A stretch of 64,000 nucleotides of DNA from a virus. Location of the stretch: the IMG/VR virus record IMGVR_UViG_3300002029_000005. One strand, given 5' to 3'. This document shows, one piece after another, positions 19,531-28,770 of the stretch (position 1 is its first letter; the number at the start of each line of letters is the position of its first letter). The notes beneath the pieces are model-generated. The model made no database searches. It saw nothing but the letters and a program-made list of their open reading frames with translations, and had not been told where the DNA came from. The position numbers were made by a program, and so were the translations under genes.

Positions 19531-20983
19531 ACGCTATGTTGCTACTCGTGATATATCGCTTTGTTGCATCACTAGGTGGTAGTGGTTTGCTGTCTAGCCC
19601 GTTAGGCCATTGTTTGTATTTACGTTTAAAAATAGCCATACACGCCTTTTCGTTTTTACCCGCACCAATAAGCTCTGAATAAAAACGCTGCATATCGTCA
19701 CGACTCGGCTCTGGTTTTGCTTTAACTTCGACTAGTTCGCCGTCAACATTAACCACGCCGTGTTCTTTTTCTGGTGCGAATTGACAGTTTGGGCAGGCGT
19801 GAACCCCTGGTGGTTTCATGTAACTGCATGACGTGCAGGGAACTGGTAACCGCTCGCCCTTCTCACGCTTATCGGCTTTTATTTCGGGCTTGCTTGAATC
19901 GTCCAGCTCAAACGACGTTATGTCGGTAGGAAATCCATGTCTCAGCGTATTGCCAGCATGGTCTAAAACTATTGCGTCGGTTTTGTTCTCAGCCGTTCGT
20001 AAAACCCTGCCCAATATTTGCCAGTGAAGCGATAACGATTTAGTAGGCCGCGCAACAATCAGGCATGACGTTTCTGGCGCGTCAAATCCTTTCGTGGTTA
20101 GTGCTACTGACGATAGTATTTCAATCTCACCATTTCGATAACGGTTGATTTTTTGAAACCTATCTTCAACCGCGTCCGGCTCATCTGGATAACCGTCAAC
20201 GTGAATCGCGTTAACGCCCGCTGCAACAAACTCAGCGACTAGGTGCTTGCTATGGGCAACGTTACAAGCAAACATGAGCGTGCGCCTGCCCTTACCATGC
20301 TTTAACCACGTCTGCACTATGTCAGCCACTAGCGCGTTGTCGTACTTCTCAGCCGCCGCACTCGCCTTGTAATCACCGCCCGATAGCGTCGTGCCTTTCA
20401 TGCTCGGCTGGCTTGGTGCGTAAACAGCGTAATCAGACAGATACCCATCGTCGATTAACCGCTGCATAGATACAGCCGACACTATCGCGTTGTAGAAATC
20501 ACCCATCCCCTTTGCAAACGGGGTTGCTGTTAAACCTAGCACTGGCGCGTTAGGGTATTTCTCAGACAACGATTCACGGACTTTGAACTGGCAATGGGCT
20601 TCGTCGTGAATTATCAAATCAACCTGATAATTATCAAAGCGATTCGATTTCAACCAGCCTGACAACGTGGCTTGACTGCATACCTGTGTGAGCTTTTGCG
20701 GGTTAGTACGTGCGTGCTGAGCCTGCATAACACCCACTGACAAACCGTAGTTATCAAATGCCAGTAACGCTTGCTGGACTAGCTCTAGCGTGTCGCAAAC
20801 AAACAGTGTGCGCTTGCCTTTTAATTCTGCTGACGAAATTAGCTCTGCTGCCGTGTAAGTTTTACCAGCACCAGTTGCCATTTGGACAACCACACGTCGT
20901 TCGTGGGGCGCAAGTCTTGCCAATATTGCACGTGTGTTGTTTATGCAATCGATTTGATATGGGCGTAGGTTAGTCATGCGCAT
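19499..20983 (-). CDS. SF2 DEAD/DEAH-box helicase with C-terminal zinc ribbon
   Basis: Walker A MATGAGKT, DEAH, GLTATP, motif VI QILGRVLR, CxxC...CxxC; start at Met near 20977-20983. Confidence 0.9.
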   Translation of the reverse strand: MRMTNLRPYQIDCINNTRAILARLAPHERRVVVQMATGAGKTYTAAELISSAELKGKRTLFVCDTLELVQQALLAFDNYGLSVGVMQAQHARTNPQKLTQVCSQATLSGWLKSNRFDNYQVDLIIHDEAHCQFKVRESLSEKYPNAPVLGLTATPFAKGMGDFYNAIVSAVSMQRLIDDGYLSDYAVYAPSQPSMKGTTLSGGDYKASAAAEKYDNALVADIVQTWLKHGKGRRTLMFACNVAHSKHLVAEFVAAGVNAIHVDGYPDEPDAVEDRFQKINRYRNGEIEILSSVALTTKGFDAPETSCLIVARPTKSLSLHWQILGRVLRTAENKTDAIVLDHAGNTLRHGFPTDITSFELDDSSKPEIKADKREKGERLPVPCTSCSYMKPPGVHACPNCQFAPEKEHGVVNVDGELVEVKAKPEPSRDDMQRFYSELIGAGKNEKACMAIFKRKYKQWPNGLDSKPLPPSDATKRYITSSNIAYARGRKANAA

Positions 20984-21638
20984 TACCTCGCGCAAAACTT
21001 ATGGGGGTCACGTTAGAGTCCGGATTTTCCGGACCTGTATTACTATTGTTATTTCTATTTATATTTATATTTAGGTCATCCAGATTATTTGACCTATGGT
21101 CCGACCTATGGTCTGATTCGTCTGAGAGGGGCTGAATTGGCGTCTCTGGGGGCTTTTCAATTGTTGTAAATGCCAGCGAAAAACTATTGCGCGTTGTTCG
21201 CTTCTTTTTCGGGTCGATATCCATCTCTTTATCGCGGTAATCACAGTGCGACTTTAGCGAGTGCCATGCTCTTTCTTTGAGCACGCAATTTGGCAATTTT
21301 CGCCAGTCAGATTGCCAGCCGATTACGTTAGACGGACTCTTTGGACTGTCGTATTTAATGGCTTTGGGTAAATATAAAAACGGCGCTTTAGCATCGAATT
21401 GAGCAATGCCAGCATCAACAAGTGACTGCATCATCCAGTCAATATCGTCTAGCTCCCAGACGCTTTGCTCTGCAATTCCATAACGCCCTATCGACGCACA
21501 GCACGGCAAAACACCGAAAACAGGCCCAGTGATTAGCCATTGAAAAAACGTTGTCGGATGCGGCGGCTGCGGGCCGAATGCAACTATCTTTGGATCGGTG
21601 TAAAATCCAGCGTATATGCGCTTGTATTGGATGCTCAT
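20970..21638 (-). CDS. Putative replication initiator
   Basis: YKRIYAGFYTDPKI N-terminus typical of phage initiators; internal DNA repeats and AT-rich tract; upstream of helicase. Confidence 0.55.
   Translation of the reverse strand: MSIQYKRIYAGFYTDPKIVAFGPQPPHPTTFFQWLITGPVFGVLPCCASIGRYGIAEQSVWELDDIDWMMQSLVDAGIAQFDAKAPFLYLPKAIKYDSPKSPSNVIGWQSDWRKLPNCVLKERAWHSLKSHCDYRDKEMDIDPKKKRTTRNSFSLAFTTIEKPPETPIQPLSDESDHRSDHRSNNLDDLNININRNNNSNTGPENPDSNVTPISFARGNAHD
21038..21113. repeat. Candidate replication origin (iterons plus AT-rich tract) inside the initiator gene
   Basis: GACCTATGGTC direct repeat at 21091-21101 and 21103-21113; TAGGTC/GACCTA inverted pair; AT-rich run 21038-21072. Confidence 0.5.
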
Positions 21639-22153
21639 GCTGCGGCCTCCACTTGGAAGCCGTGGCTAGCAATAATAAATCCATCGGGCATTTTGCTTAA
21701 CCTGTAAGCAGCGAAATTACTGCTATTGTCCTTGTTGTTTTTGGCAATGCCTGGGACTTGGCCTTTATCCAATCCCACGAGCTGCCGCGTAAACCACCCA
21801 CGAAACAAATTCAAGTCACCCAAAAACCATTGCTGCAAATACTTTTCTTGCTCATCGCTAAAGCCATAAAATATATGGCTGCCCCACCCTTCAATTACCT
21901 TTGTAAGCTCCGTTTTGGTTCCGCTTGGTCGGCCCGCCCGAAGGGTAAATTCACCTCCATATGCCTTTAAATATGAATTTTTTCTTATGCGGCAAGCTAC
22001 TCGAACCGCGTCCATGCTAAATATCATCAAATCACTATTGCGCATTTGGTCTTCAATTACTGGCGGCTCAGTGATTAACGCCTGCCCTAAATGCCGAGTT
22101 ATTTCTGGTATAAACCTATCGCTCCAGCCCTTGTCGGTCTGCCAATTGCTCAT
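21635..22153 (-). CDS. Conserved-type hypothetical phage protein (possible nuclease fold)
   Basis: 172 aa coupled ORF; ED...SDL...RVACRIR...GGEFTLR. Confidence 0.6.
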   Translation of the reverse strand: MSNWQTDKGWSDRFIPEITRHLGQALITEPPVIEDQMRNSDLMIFSMDAVRVACRIRKNSYLKAYGGEFTLRAGRPSGTKTELTKVIEGWGSHIFYGFSDEQEKYLQQWFLGDLNLFRGWFTRQLVGLDKGQVPGIAKNNKDNSSNFAAYRLSKMPDGFIIASHGFQVEAAA

Positions 22154-23313
22154 GCGAATTTCTCCGATTCGTTTCCGTACTGAGCAAAACCTTCTCTTTT
22201 TTCCCGTGAAAATATATCTATCCGCCCATCATGTGTGACACGCCTTATAACGTCATAAAATTCATCAGGCTTGCGCGAATGCTCTTTTCTGTCAGCTTTA
22301 AAACACGCATTGAATGCCTTTGTATCAGCGAACTCTGGTGCGCCTTTTCGCGCATAAAGACAAAATTCGCAATTGTATTGCGGCAAACCAAAAGGCTGCG
22401 GACCTCCATTTTTGTGCCAAACCATTGCTAAAACGTATTTCCAGCCCCAAGTATCTAAAAGCTCTATTGCTGGCGGTAGCCACTTCTGCGTTGTCCACAT
22501 AAACAAGTGGGCGTTATCAGAAGCGCATTCATTAACAAGCGAACCAAACTCCTCAAGTTCGCCTATTGTCATAGTTGGGTAATCAAAATCAACTTGATTG
22601 GGTCTTGCGTCCCTGTCGATTTTTTTCATATCCCAGGGCGGGTCTATAATAATCGTTGAATACTTATCTTTTGGCGGGGTCATTTTTACGGCTGCGACTT
22701 TCTTGTTTTCTTCGCGCCGTACAACCGCTTTTTCTTCGCGTATCTTCTTAGCTGCTGCCAATATTTCCTTTTCGCCTTTGGCAACTATCTCATTCTGTTC
22801 CTCTTTGGGTAGCTTGGCAACGTCTGCTGCTGCGCTTACTGATACCTTGCCGCTAGTTACTTTCTCTTGTAGTTCGTCAACACCTTCGTTTTGAACTTTC
22901 TTCGCGCTGTTAACTGTGCGCTCGGATACGTTTAGTTTTTCTGCGGCGTCACTTCTGGTATGCGACTGCAAATTTGCAGTTGCACCATGCTTAATATTTG
23001 CAGCGTCGGATTTATCAAGATTTGCAATACTTGCCGCAACCATTCCGCGCTGCGATTCATTCAAGTGCCTGCGGTGTAAGTTCAACGACAAAACAAAATC
23101 AAGCGGCGTGTCACCCTCATAATCCCGAGTTAGTAATTCAGTGTTGGTAATTTCGCAAGCTTCGGCACGATTGCGTCCGTCTAAAATTTTCCCCTCAAAT
23201 AACCAGATAGGTTCGCGCAATCCATGTCGCTCTATATCTTCGCAAAGACCGTCAAATTCAATTCCCTGAATAAGGGGAAATATTTTTGCTATCGGGTGCG
23301 CTTCGTAACTCAT
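22150..23313 (-). CDS. ParB-like N-terminal domain fused to an MT-A70 N6-adenine methyltransferase
   Basis: LCEDIERHGLREPI...ILDGRNR (ParB/Srx); TIIIDPPW, HLFMWTT, HSRKPDEFY, RIDIFSR (MT-A70). Confidence 0.85.
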   Translation of the reverse strand: MSYEAHPIAKIFPLIQGIEFDGLCEDIERHGLREPIWLFEGKILDGRNRAEACEITNTELLTRDYEGDTPLDFVLSLNLHRRHLNESQRGMVAASIANLDKSDAANIKHGATANLQSHTRSDAAEKLNVSERTVNSAKKVQNEGVDELQEKVTSGKVSVSAAADVAKLPKEEQNEIVAKGEKEILAAAKKIREEKAVVRREENKKVAAVKMTPPKDKYSTIIIDPPWDMKKIDRDARPNQVDFDYPTMTIGELEEFGSLVNECASDNAHLFMWTTQKWLPPAIELLDTWGWKYVLAMVWHKNGGPQPFGLPQYNCEFCLYARKGAPEFADTKAFNACFKADRKEHSRKPDEFYDVIRRVTHDGRIDIFSREKREGFAQYGNESEKFA

Positions 23314-23486
23314 ACACCACACTCCCGCGCAATCTCACGGACCGCGTTTGAATATTCGGTTGGCGTCAGGTCTGGTGACAGCTCTGCCTTGCGTTTCTCG
23401 TACTCTTCGTAATTCTCTCGCGGCATCGGGTTTGATTTATGTGACGGCTTATGCTTGCTTGTGGTACGCTTTGCTTCTACAGTCAT
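23310..23486 (-). CDS. Small hypothetical protein (58 aa, below the track cut-off)
   Basis: Hand translation MTVEAKRTT...REIARECGV*; RBS upstream; ATGA overlap with the methylase. Confidence 0.55.
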   Translation of the reverse strand: MTVEAKRTTSKHKPSHKSNPMPRENYEEYEKRKAELSPDLTPTEYSNAVREIARECGV

Positions 23487-23531
23487 ATTGCTTTTCCTGT
23501 TTCTCGACGGTTACGGGTTAAGTGTTCAACG

Positions 23532-23562
23532 AAAGGCCGGTGTTAGCGCACTGGCCTTTTTT
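23532..23562. terminator. Intrinsic terminator-like hairpin
   Basis: GGCCGGTG-TTAGCG-CACTGGCC with flanking AAA and TTTTTT. Confidence 0.65.
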
Positions 23563-23564
23563 GT

Positions 23565-24371
23565 TTATGCCGGTTGTATCGTTCCAATAAACGGCTCTAT
23601 TGCTAGAGAATCACTCAGCTTTGCTGCGAATTCGTCAGCTATTTCTAGCTTGTGCTTTTCATAGCTACGCACACGCAGCCTGAGCTTCACCTCATCGCTA
23701 TGACGATCTACCAGCGCAGATACACCAATGATGATTTCGCGCTCTGTAAAGCCGTCATAAGGGACTACTGACACAACTATATCGCTGGGTATCTCTGCGT
23801 TTTCTGCCTTAACATCGATTTTTTCTAGCGCGGATTTCTCCACACCAAAATCGCGTTCAGTGTTTGATTTGTTGCGAACGTTTTCAACGGTGATCTTTGT
23901 GAACACATCAACCAAGCTACCGGCCTGGGCAATGTAGTCATGCCAGTCACGTATCAAGTCGATTAGTTCTCTTTGGCTTAGCTTTGCCACGCCCTCTGAG
24001 CTTTCACCGATTTTTTGCAGCATGGCGTACACCGGTAATGGTTTAAGCGTGCAGGCGGCTGTATCGTCGCAATGACCGGCATCACCACCATCATCCAGCG
24101 CATTGAACATGGCATGTGCTTCGCAGGCATCTGAATCAATCGAGGTAATTCCGGTGTAAATGGTCGCGCTTGATCGTTCATTGACGTACTTAATAAACGC
24201 ATCAATTGAACTGGTTTTCATGGTGTAGCGTTCGCGGTATCGCGTTTCATTGAACGATTCGAGCGATTTCAGCTTTACACCTTCAGGCATAACAATCGGG
24301 CTTGGCTTCCCGGCATCAACAGGCCCGAAATTAGATTGCGCCTGTACGTATTTAATAAACTCAGTCAGCAT
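23565..24371 (-). CDS. DUF2303 (YfdQ-like) family protein
   Basis: SLESF...RYRERYTMKTSSIDAFIKYV; GHCDDTA; YDGFTEREI. Confidence 0.75.
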   Translation of the reverse strand: MLTEFIKYVQAQSNFGPVDAGKPSPIVMPEGVKLKSLESFNETRYRERYTMKTSSIDAFIKYVNERSSATIYTGITSIDSDACEAHAMFNALDDGGDAGHCDDTAACTLKPLPVYAMLQKIGESSEGVAKLSQRELIDLIRDWHDYIAQAGSLVDVFTKITVENVRNKSNTERDFGVEKSALEKIDVKAENAEIPSDIVVSVVPYDGFTEREIIIGVSALVDRHSDEVKLRLRVRSYEKHKLEIADEFAAKLSDSLAIEPFIGTIQPA

Positions 24372-24708
24372 GTTGCAGCTCTCCTTTGCCGATCATGTCC
24401 ATTTGATTTTCTGGAAATTGCGTCGGATTGTTACCCTCATTGACGTACATGATGGTCTCCTGGGTATCATCCTCTGCAATGCTTCCGCGCTTTTTTGGCC
24501 GCTTGTAAGCTAGCGTGTGCTCGATGCTGACTTGATCAGTAGACGAACCGGCTGGTTTGATTTTCAGTTTTAGCGTTACCTCTCCCTGTTTCTGTTGTCC
24601 AATGACCGCACCACAAACCTCTGTAAGCATGTGTGCAATTTTTTCCTCAGTAACGCCAGCTCCTAACTCACCAATGAATTGACTTACATCAGTCGGTTTT
24701 TGCGACAT
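24361..24708 (-). CDS. Conserved phage protein typically paired with DUF2303
   Basis: TDVSQFIGELGAG...KQGEVTLKLKIKP...EHTLAYKRPKKRG. Confidence 0.65.
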   Translation of the reverse strand: MSQKPTDVSQFIGELGAGVTEEKIAHMLTEVCGAVIGQQKQGEVTLKLKIKPAGSSTDQVSIEHTLAYKRPKKRGSIAEDDTQETIMYVNEGNNPTQFPENQMDMIGKGELQHAD

Positions 24709-24828
24709 AATTTATTTCCTGTATGATTAACCGGCCTACCATTGGCCCCGCGTCGTATGGCCGGATTAATCACGGCGCGGCTTTTCCATTTCTATTCGCC
24801 CTGCTGTTGTCGCAGCAATCGGCCTTTT

Positions 24829-25071
24829 TTATGCAACTTTCTTCGGCCTTATCGTTTTCCGGGGCGGCTTGTCGCCAAAAATATCCGGCCTGATCTGATA
24901 CCGGCTAAATCCCGTAATTCGCTCGCACGCTAAAACGTGGTGTGCTGGAATCTTTTTCCAGAAATTCGGCGCCTGATGGCTTATTCCCAAAGCTCTTGCG
25001 AGCGCATTGTTACCGCCGCCCGCTTCAAGAACCTGATCTCGCGTTACTTTTGTGTGTGATTTAGTAGTCAT
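24829..25071 (-). CDS. cro: Cro-like repressor (YdaS/Cro family)
   Basis: GGNNALARALGISHQAPNFW...LACERITGFSRYQIRPDIF; divergent from CI. Confidence 0.8.
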   Translation of the reverse strand: MTTKSHTKVTRDQVLEAGGGNNALARALGISHQAPNFWKKIPAHHVLACERITGFSRYQIRPDIFGDKPPRKTIRPKKVA

Positions 25072-25077
25072 TCTTGA

Positions 25078-25159
25078 ATGTTAGCGTGAACTAGCACACA
25101 AAGCAAGCATAACTAGCGCTATTAGGTGAGGGCGCTAGCTAGCCGGATACTGTTAATAT
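25078..25159. promoter_or_regulatory. OR-like region: leftward promoter for cro, rightward promoter for cI, 17-bp operator
   Basis: Minus strand TTGCTT-17-TAACAT (25106 to 25078); plus strand TGnTAATAT (25151-25159); operator AGCAAGCATAACTAGCG at 25102-25118. Confidence 0.6.
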
Positions 25160-25163
25160 CTTT

Positions 25164-25799
25164 GTGATGGAAGGCGTGAAAATCAGAATAAAGCAAGCGC
25201 GCAAAGCGTCTGAGCTAACGCAGCAGCAAATCGCGGATGCAATGTCATTGTCACGTCAACTTGTTTCGTTTTGGGAAAATCCAGCGCGACCAGAATTCCC
25301 ATCACTTGAACAGCTTCACATCATTGCAGCCAAATGTAGTACATCTGTAGTATGGTTAATAGTAGGTTCAGTTGAGTACACTGGTGATAACGAAACCAAT
25401 AGGAACGATGTTCCGTTATTGAACTGGAGTCACGCCGGACACGATAAACTGCCTATTTTTGACAATCACTTGGATGTTGTAAAGTTGCCTTGCCCTGCAC
25501 CACACAGTGAACACACGTACGCATTGACGGTTAACGGCAGGTCAATGGCTTCAACTAACCCCCTTGAAAAATCGTTTCCTGACGGCGTGGTTATCTACTG
25601 CGACCCATCCAGGGTGCAAGACGCCGCGAACGGCTCTTACGTGATTGCATACCTACCTTCAACACAAGAAATGATCTTTAAGCGTTATGGCAAGGACGGA
25701 GCAAATACGTGGCTTGAGTCAATAAATTCTGAATATCCAAAGATAACTGAGCCATTCGAAATACGAGCGCTAGTAATTGGAGCGTTTCAGAGCGTTTGA
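25164..25799 (+). CDS. cI: CI-like repressor (XRE HTH plus S24 peptidase)
   Basis: IKQARKASELTQQQIA...VSFWE HTH; YALTVNGRSM (Ser) and IFKRY (Lys) S24 motifs. Confidence 0.9.
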   Translation: MMEGVKIRIKQARKASELTQQQIADAMSLSRQLVSFWENPARPEFPSLEQLHIIAAKCSTSVVWLIVGSVEYTGDNETNRNDVPLLNWSHAGHDKLPIFDNHLDVVKLPCPAPHSEHTYALTVNGRSMASTNPLEKSFPDGVVIYCDPSRVQDAANGSYVIAYLPSTQEMIFKRYGKDGANTWLESINSEYPKITEPFEIRALVIGAFQSV

Positions 25800-25816
25800 T
25801 TTTTTTTACATTTAAT

Positions 25817-25857
25817 CGCTAGTATTACTTGCGCACGCTAGTATAACTTGCTATAGT
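25817..25857 (+). promoter_or_regulatory. OL-like region: two 17-bp operators overlapping a sigma70 promoter
   Basis: CGCTAGTATTACTTGCG (25817-33) and CGCTAGTATAACTTGCT (25836-52); TTGCGC-17-TATAGT. Confidence 0.7.
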
Positions 25858-25890
25858 TAACCCATCGAAGCAATCAACAGAGACCGAGCG

Positions 25891-26049
25891 ATGGACGCCA
25901 AGCAAACCAACAGAAACAACGAAACGCCAGAACAGAAGCGAGCACGCATTGCAGCAACCATGGCTGCAAACTGGAAAACAAAGCGTCCAGCCTACGCGGT
26001 TGATTTCGTCATACAGAACAAAGAGCGTGAACTGGGGCTGCGCAAATGA
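25891..26049 (+). CDS. Small basic protein, first gene of the CI-repressed operon (52 aa, not in track)
   Basis: Hand translation MDAKQTNRNNETPEQKRARIAATMAANWK...; ATGA overlap with next gene. Confidence 0.6.
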   Translation: MDAKQTNRNNETPEQKRARIAATMAANWKTKRPAYAVDFVIQNKERELGLRK

Positions 26050-26414
26050 GCGCCCTTGACCTAATGCCATGCGGCAACACAGCCATGCTTAACCAGCATG
26101 AGATAGCAGAAGCACAAGCACCAGTAGTACGTCAAAGCGCAATCGACAAAGCCGCCAAAACTGCACTGGAGTATTTCACCGACCATCCTTTTGCATGCCT
26201 TCAAGTGCTGCAGGATGAAATGCAAAGCTCTGCAAGCGGCGATGCTGATTACAACTACATCGAAGATTGGGTCGATTCAATGATGGCTAATCCAGAACAC
26301 GCAGCCGATTCGATCAAAGAACGTCAAGGCGATTACGTGATGCATGCGCTTCGTGAAGATGGTTTTACGTTTGATGATGCGTTGGTTGCTGTTGGAAATT
26401 TGGGGTTGTCATGA
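26046..26414 (+). CDS. Hypothetical protein
   Basis: Coupled ORF. Confidence 0.6.
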   Translation: MSALDLMPCGNTAMLNQHEIAEAQAPVVRQSAIDKAAKTALEYFTDHPFACLQVLQDEMQSSASGDADYNYIEDWVDSMMANPEHAADSIKERQGDYVMHALREDGFTFDDALVAVGNLGLS

Positions 26415-27198
26415 GCGCAAATATCAGATACGGCAGAAAGCGGTCTGGAATAGAGGCCGAATTACGTAAGAAAATCAAGAAATGGTCCGACACCATTACT
26501 GACGAATCAACGCGCAAACTGGCATTTGAAAATACTATCGTTACTGGCGGTTCAATTGCATCAATGCTATTGGGTGAGCCTGTCAACGATTATGACTTGT
26601 ACTTTCGTGACCAAAACACAGAGAGAACAAAATTAATCTTAAGGGCGTGTCTGAAGAACGTGTGAGCATATTTATTCCGTCTGATGGAATGCTAAAGCTA
26701 AAACGAAAAAAAGGTGAACGTTATCAGCCGTCGTTTTTATCTGAGAACGCAATAACGTTGACCAACAAGGTTCAGTTAATTACCCGGTTCTATGGCGAGC
26801 CAAATGAAATACACGATAACTATGATTTTGTACACGCAAAATGTTACTGGGATAACGGCATTGGCGAACTAATTTTGCCTGCGGAAGCGCTTGAGTGCAT
26901 GCTCAGTAGAACGTTGCGCTATGCCGGAAGCCTTTACCCGATAGCAAGCATATTCCGAACAAAAAAGTTCATTGAGCGTGGATGGCGAATTTCGGCTGGC
27001 GAGCAGTTGAAAATAATGTGGCAAATATCCGAAATAAATCTGCGCGACCCGGATGTTAAACGCGAGCAATTAACCGGTGTTGATTATGCGTACCTACATA
27101 TGCTTATCGACGCGCTAGTTAACGTAAAACCTGAAAAGCTCACAAGTAATTACGTTTGCGAAGTGATAGACCGAATATTTAATGGGTCTACATCATGA
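26411..27198 (+). pseudogene. Nucleotidyltransferase (polyA-polymerase/CCA-enzyme head-like) split into two ORFs
   Basis: IVTGGSIASMLLGEPVNDYDLYF motif in 26411..26665; remainder (AITL...QLITRFYG...YDFVH...RTKKFIERGW) in the -1 frame, 26647..27198. Confidence 0.6.
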
Positions 27199-27458
27199 GC
27201 GCCATCCCCAAATACGAAAACGGCCTAGTCAATACCGTGGCAAGGCCAGTGCGCTCAACGCAAAGCAGGATTGAGCGCAAGCACGCACGCGGCTATCGAT
27301 ACATCAAGCGCAATCGTGTGGTAGGTACGCGCTCTGTGCCGATGTGGCTTGATTTGCTGGCTGGATTGATACTCCTTACCGGGCTATCCATTGCGCTAAC
27401 AGAAGCAGTTTGCGAATGGTTATGGATGGCTGCAATTGATAGTTTGCCGCTGCCATGA
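27195..27458 (+). CDS. Small membrane protein
   Basis: Basic N-terminus, hydrophobic C-terminal helix. Confidence 0.55.
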   Translation: MSAIPKYENGLVNTVARPVRSTQSRIERKHARGYRYIKRNRVVGTRSVPMWLDLLAGLILLTGLSIALTEAVCEWLWMAAIDSLPLP

Positions 27459-27805
27459 GCATTAATCGAGACACGCCGCTGGTTAAAACGAAGATTCACC
27501 GCGAGCATGAAACCACCTTGACGCTTGGCGAGGTAGCCGCCGCGTTTGTGGAAATGGATTCATCTGCTCAGGCAGGCTTTTTTTCGATAATCGCGCAGCA
27601 CGTAAACAAATGGAAATGCGGCATGGGTTCATTTGCCATGCAGCTTCAGTACGTCACAGAAAGCACTCATCTATCCGATGGCGGTAGAGAAGTGATGAGA
27701 GCAATTGGCGAGTATTGCGACTCTGAGTCGTTCCCCAAAAATGAATTTGATTTGCCTTTTACAACCGACCTAAACGAAAACGATATGGAGTCCAAACCAC
27801 AATGA
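27455..27805 (+). CDS. Hypothetical protein
   Basis: Coupled ORF. Confidence 0.55.
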   Translation: MSINRDTPLVKTKIHREHETTLTLGEVAAAFVEMDSSAQAGFFSIIAQHVNKWKCGMGSFAMQLQYVTESTHLSDGGREVMRAIGEYCDSESFPKNEFDLPFTTDLNENDMESKPQ

Positions 27806-28770
27806 GTACAGCAGAACACGAAGTAATAACCGATGATTCAACAGCCATTGCGGAAACGCAGGCAACACCATTGCAGCAAGCACCGCAAGTTGGTTCTGTT
27901 TCACCTCTCGCCATGATGCTGGAATCCGGCGAGCATAGCCTAGAAAAGATCGAGCGGCTATGGGAGATCAACAAAGAATGGGAAGGGCGCGAAGCGCGAA
28001 AAGCTTACGTAAACGCTAAGGCGCGAATCAGGGAAGAACTAAAACCGATTGCCAAGAATCGAAAAAATAGCCACTTGGGTAGCGAGTATGCCGACATAGA
28101 CGCAATGCTTGATGGTGTTGGTCCTATTGCTGGCAAGCACGGCGTTGATGTTGATTTTGCTTATGATCAGGAATCAATTTCCGGTTCTGTAATCACATCA
28201 TGCTCAGCAACTCATGATGGCGGGCACACCGAAACTAGGAAAGCTACTTTTCCAATCATGGATCCAATAAGAGGGCAAAAAGGCAACGCGACCAATGAAT
28301 GTCAAATGGTAGGTGTGTCTATGACCTATGGGCGGCGCTATTCGTTTTCTGCTCTATTCGCAGTTGCTTGTGGTAATGATAATGATGGAAATGGCGGCAC
28401 ACCTCAGAATCAACAGCGGAATAAAACACCAAAAACCTACAACGTTGCCCCGCTGGTACGCGCTATCGATAAAAAGGATGGATTCGCCATCATCGATATC
28501 ATGGTTGAACTGGACGCTAACGGGCAAACAGAAATATTCAACAGCTTCAAACCCGGCGAAGTTAGCAAGCGAAAAGCCGATGCACGCAAACTGATGGCAG
28601 ATGCGCAAGCACAAATCAAGGAAGCGCTGAAACAGTTAACCCAGTGCATGAACCGCGATGACGAGCACGGAGCACTCGAAATTCTTGGGGAAACGAATAT
28701 TAAATACATTACGCCACGCGCATCGGAAGCTTTGAATAAATGGATTAACGGGACACGGAGCGAATCATGA
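27802..28770 (+). CDS. erf: ERF-family single-strand annealing protein
   Basis: AKNRKNSHLGSEYADIDAML, HDGGH, GVSMTYGRRYSFSALFAV...DNDG. Confidence 0.8.
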   Translation: MSTAEHEVITDDSTAIAETQATPLQQAPQVGSVSPLAMMLESGEHSLEKIERLWEINKEWEGREARKAYVNAKARIREELKPIAKNRKNSHLGSEYADIDAMLDGVGPIAGKHGVDVDFAYDQESISGSVITSCSATHDGGHTETRKATFPIMDPIRGQKGNATNECQMVGVSMTYGRRYSFSALFAVACGNDNDGNGGTPQNQQRNKTPKTYNVAPLVRAIDKKDGFAIIDIMVELDANGQTEIFNSFKPGEVSKRKADARKLMADAQAQIKEALKQLTQCMNRDDEHGALEILGETNIKYITPRASEALNKWINGTRSES

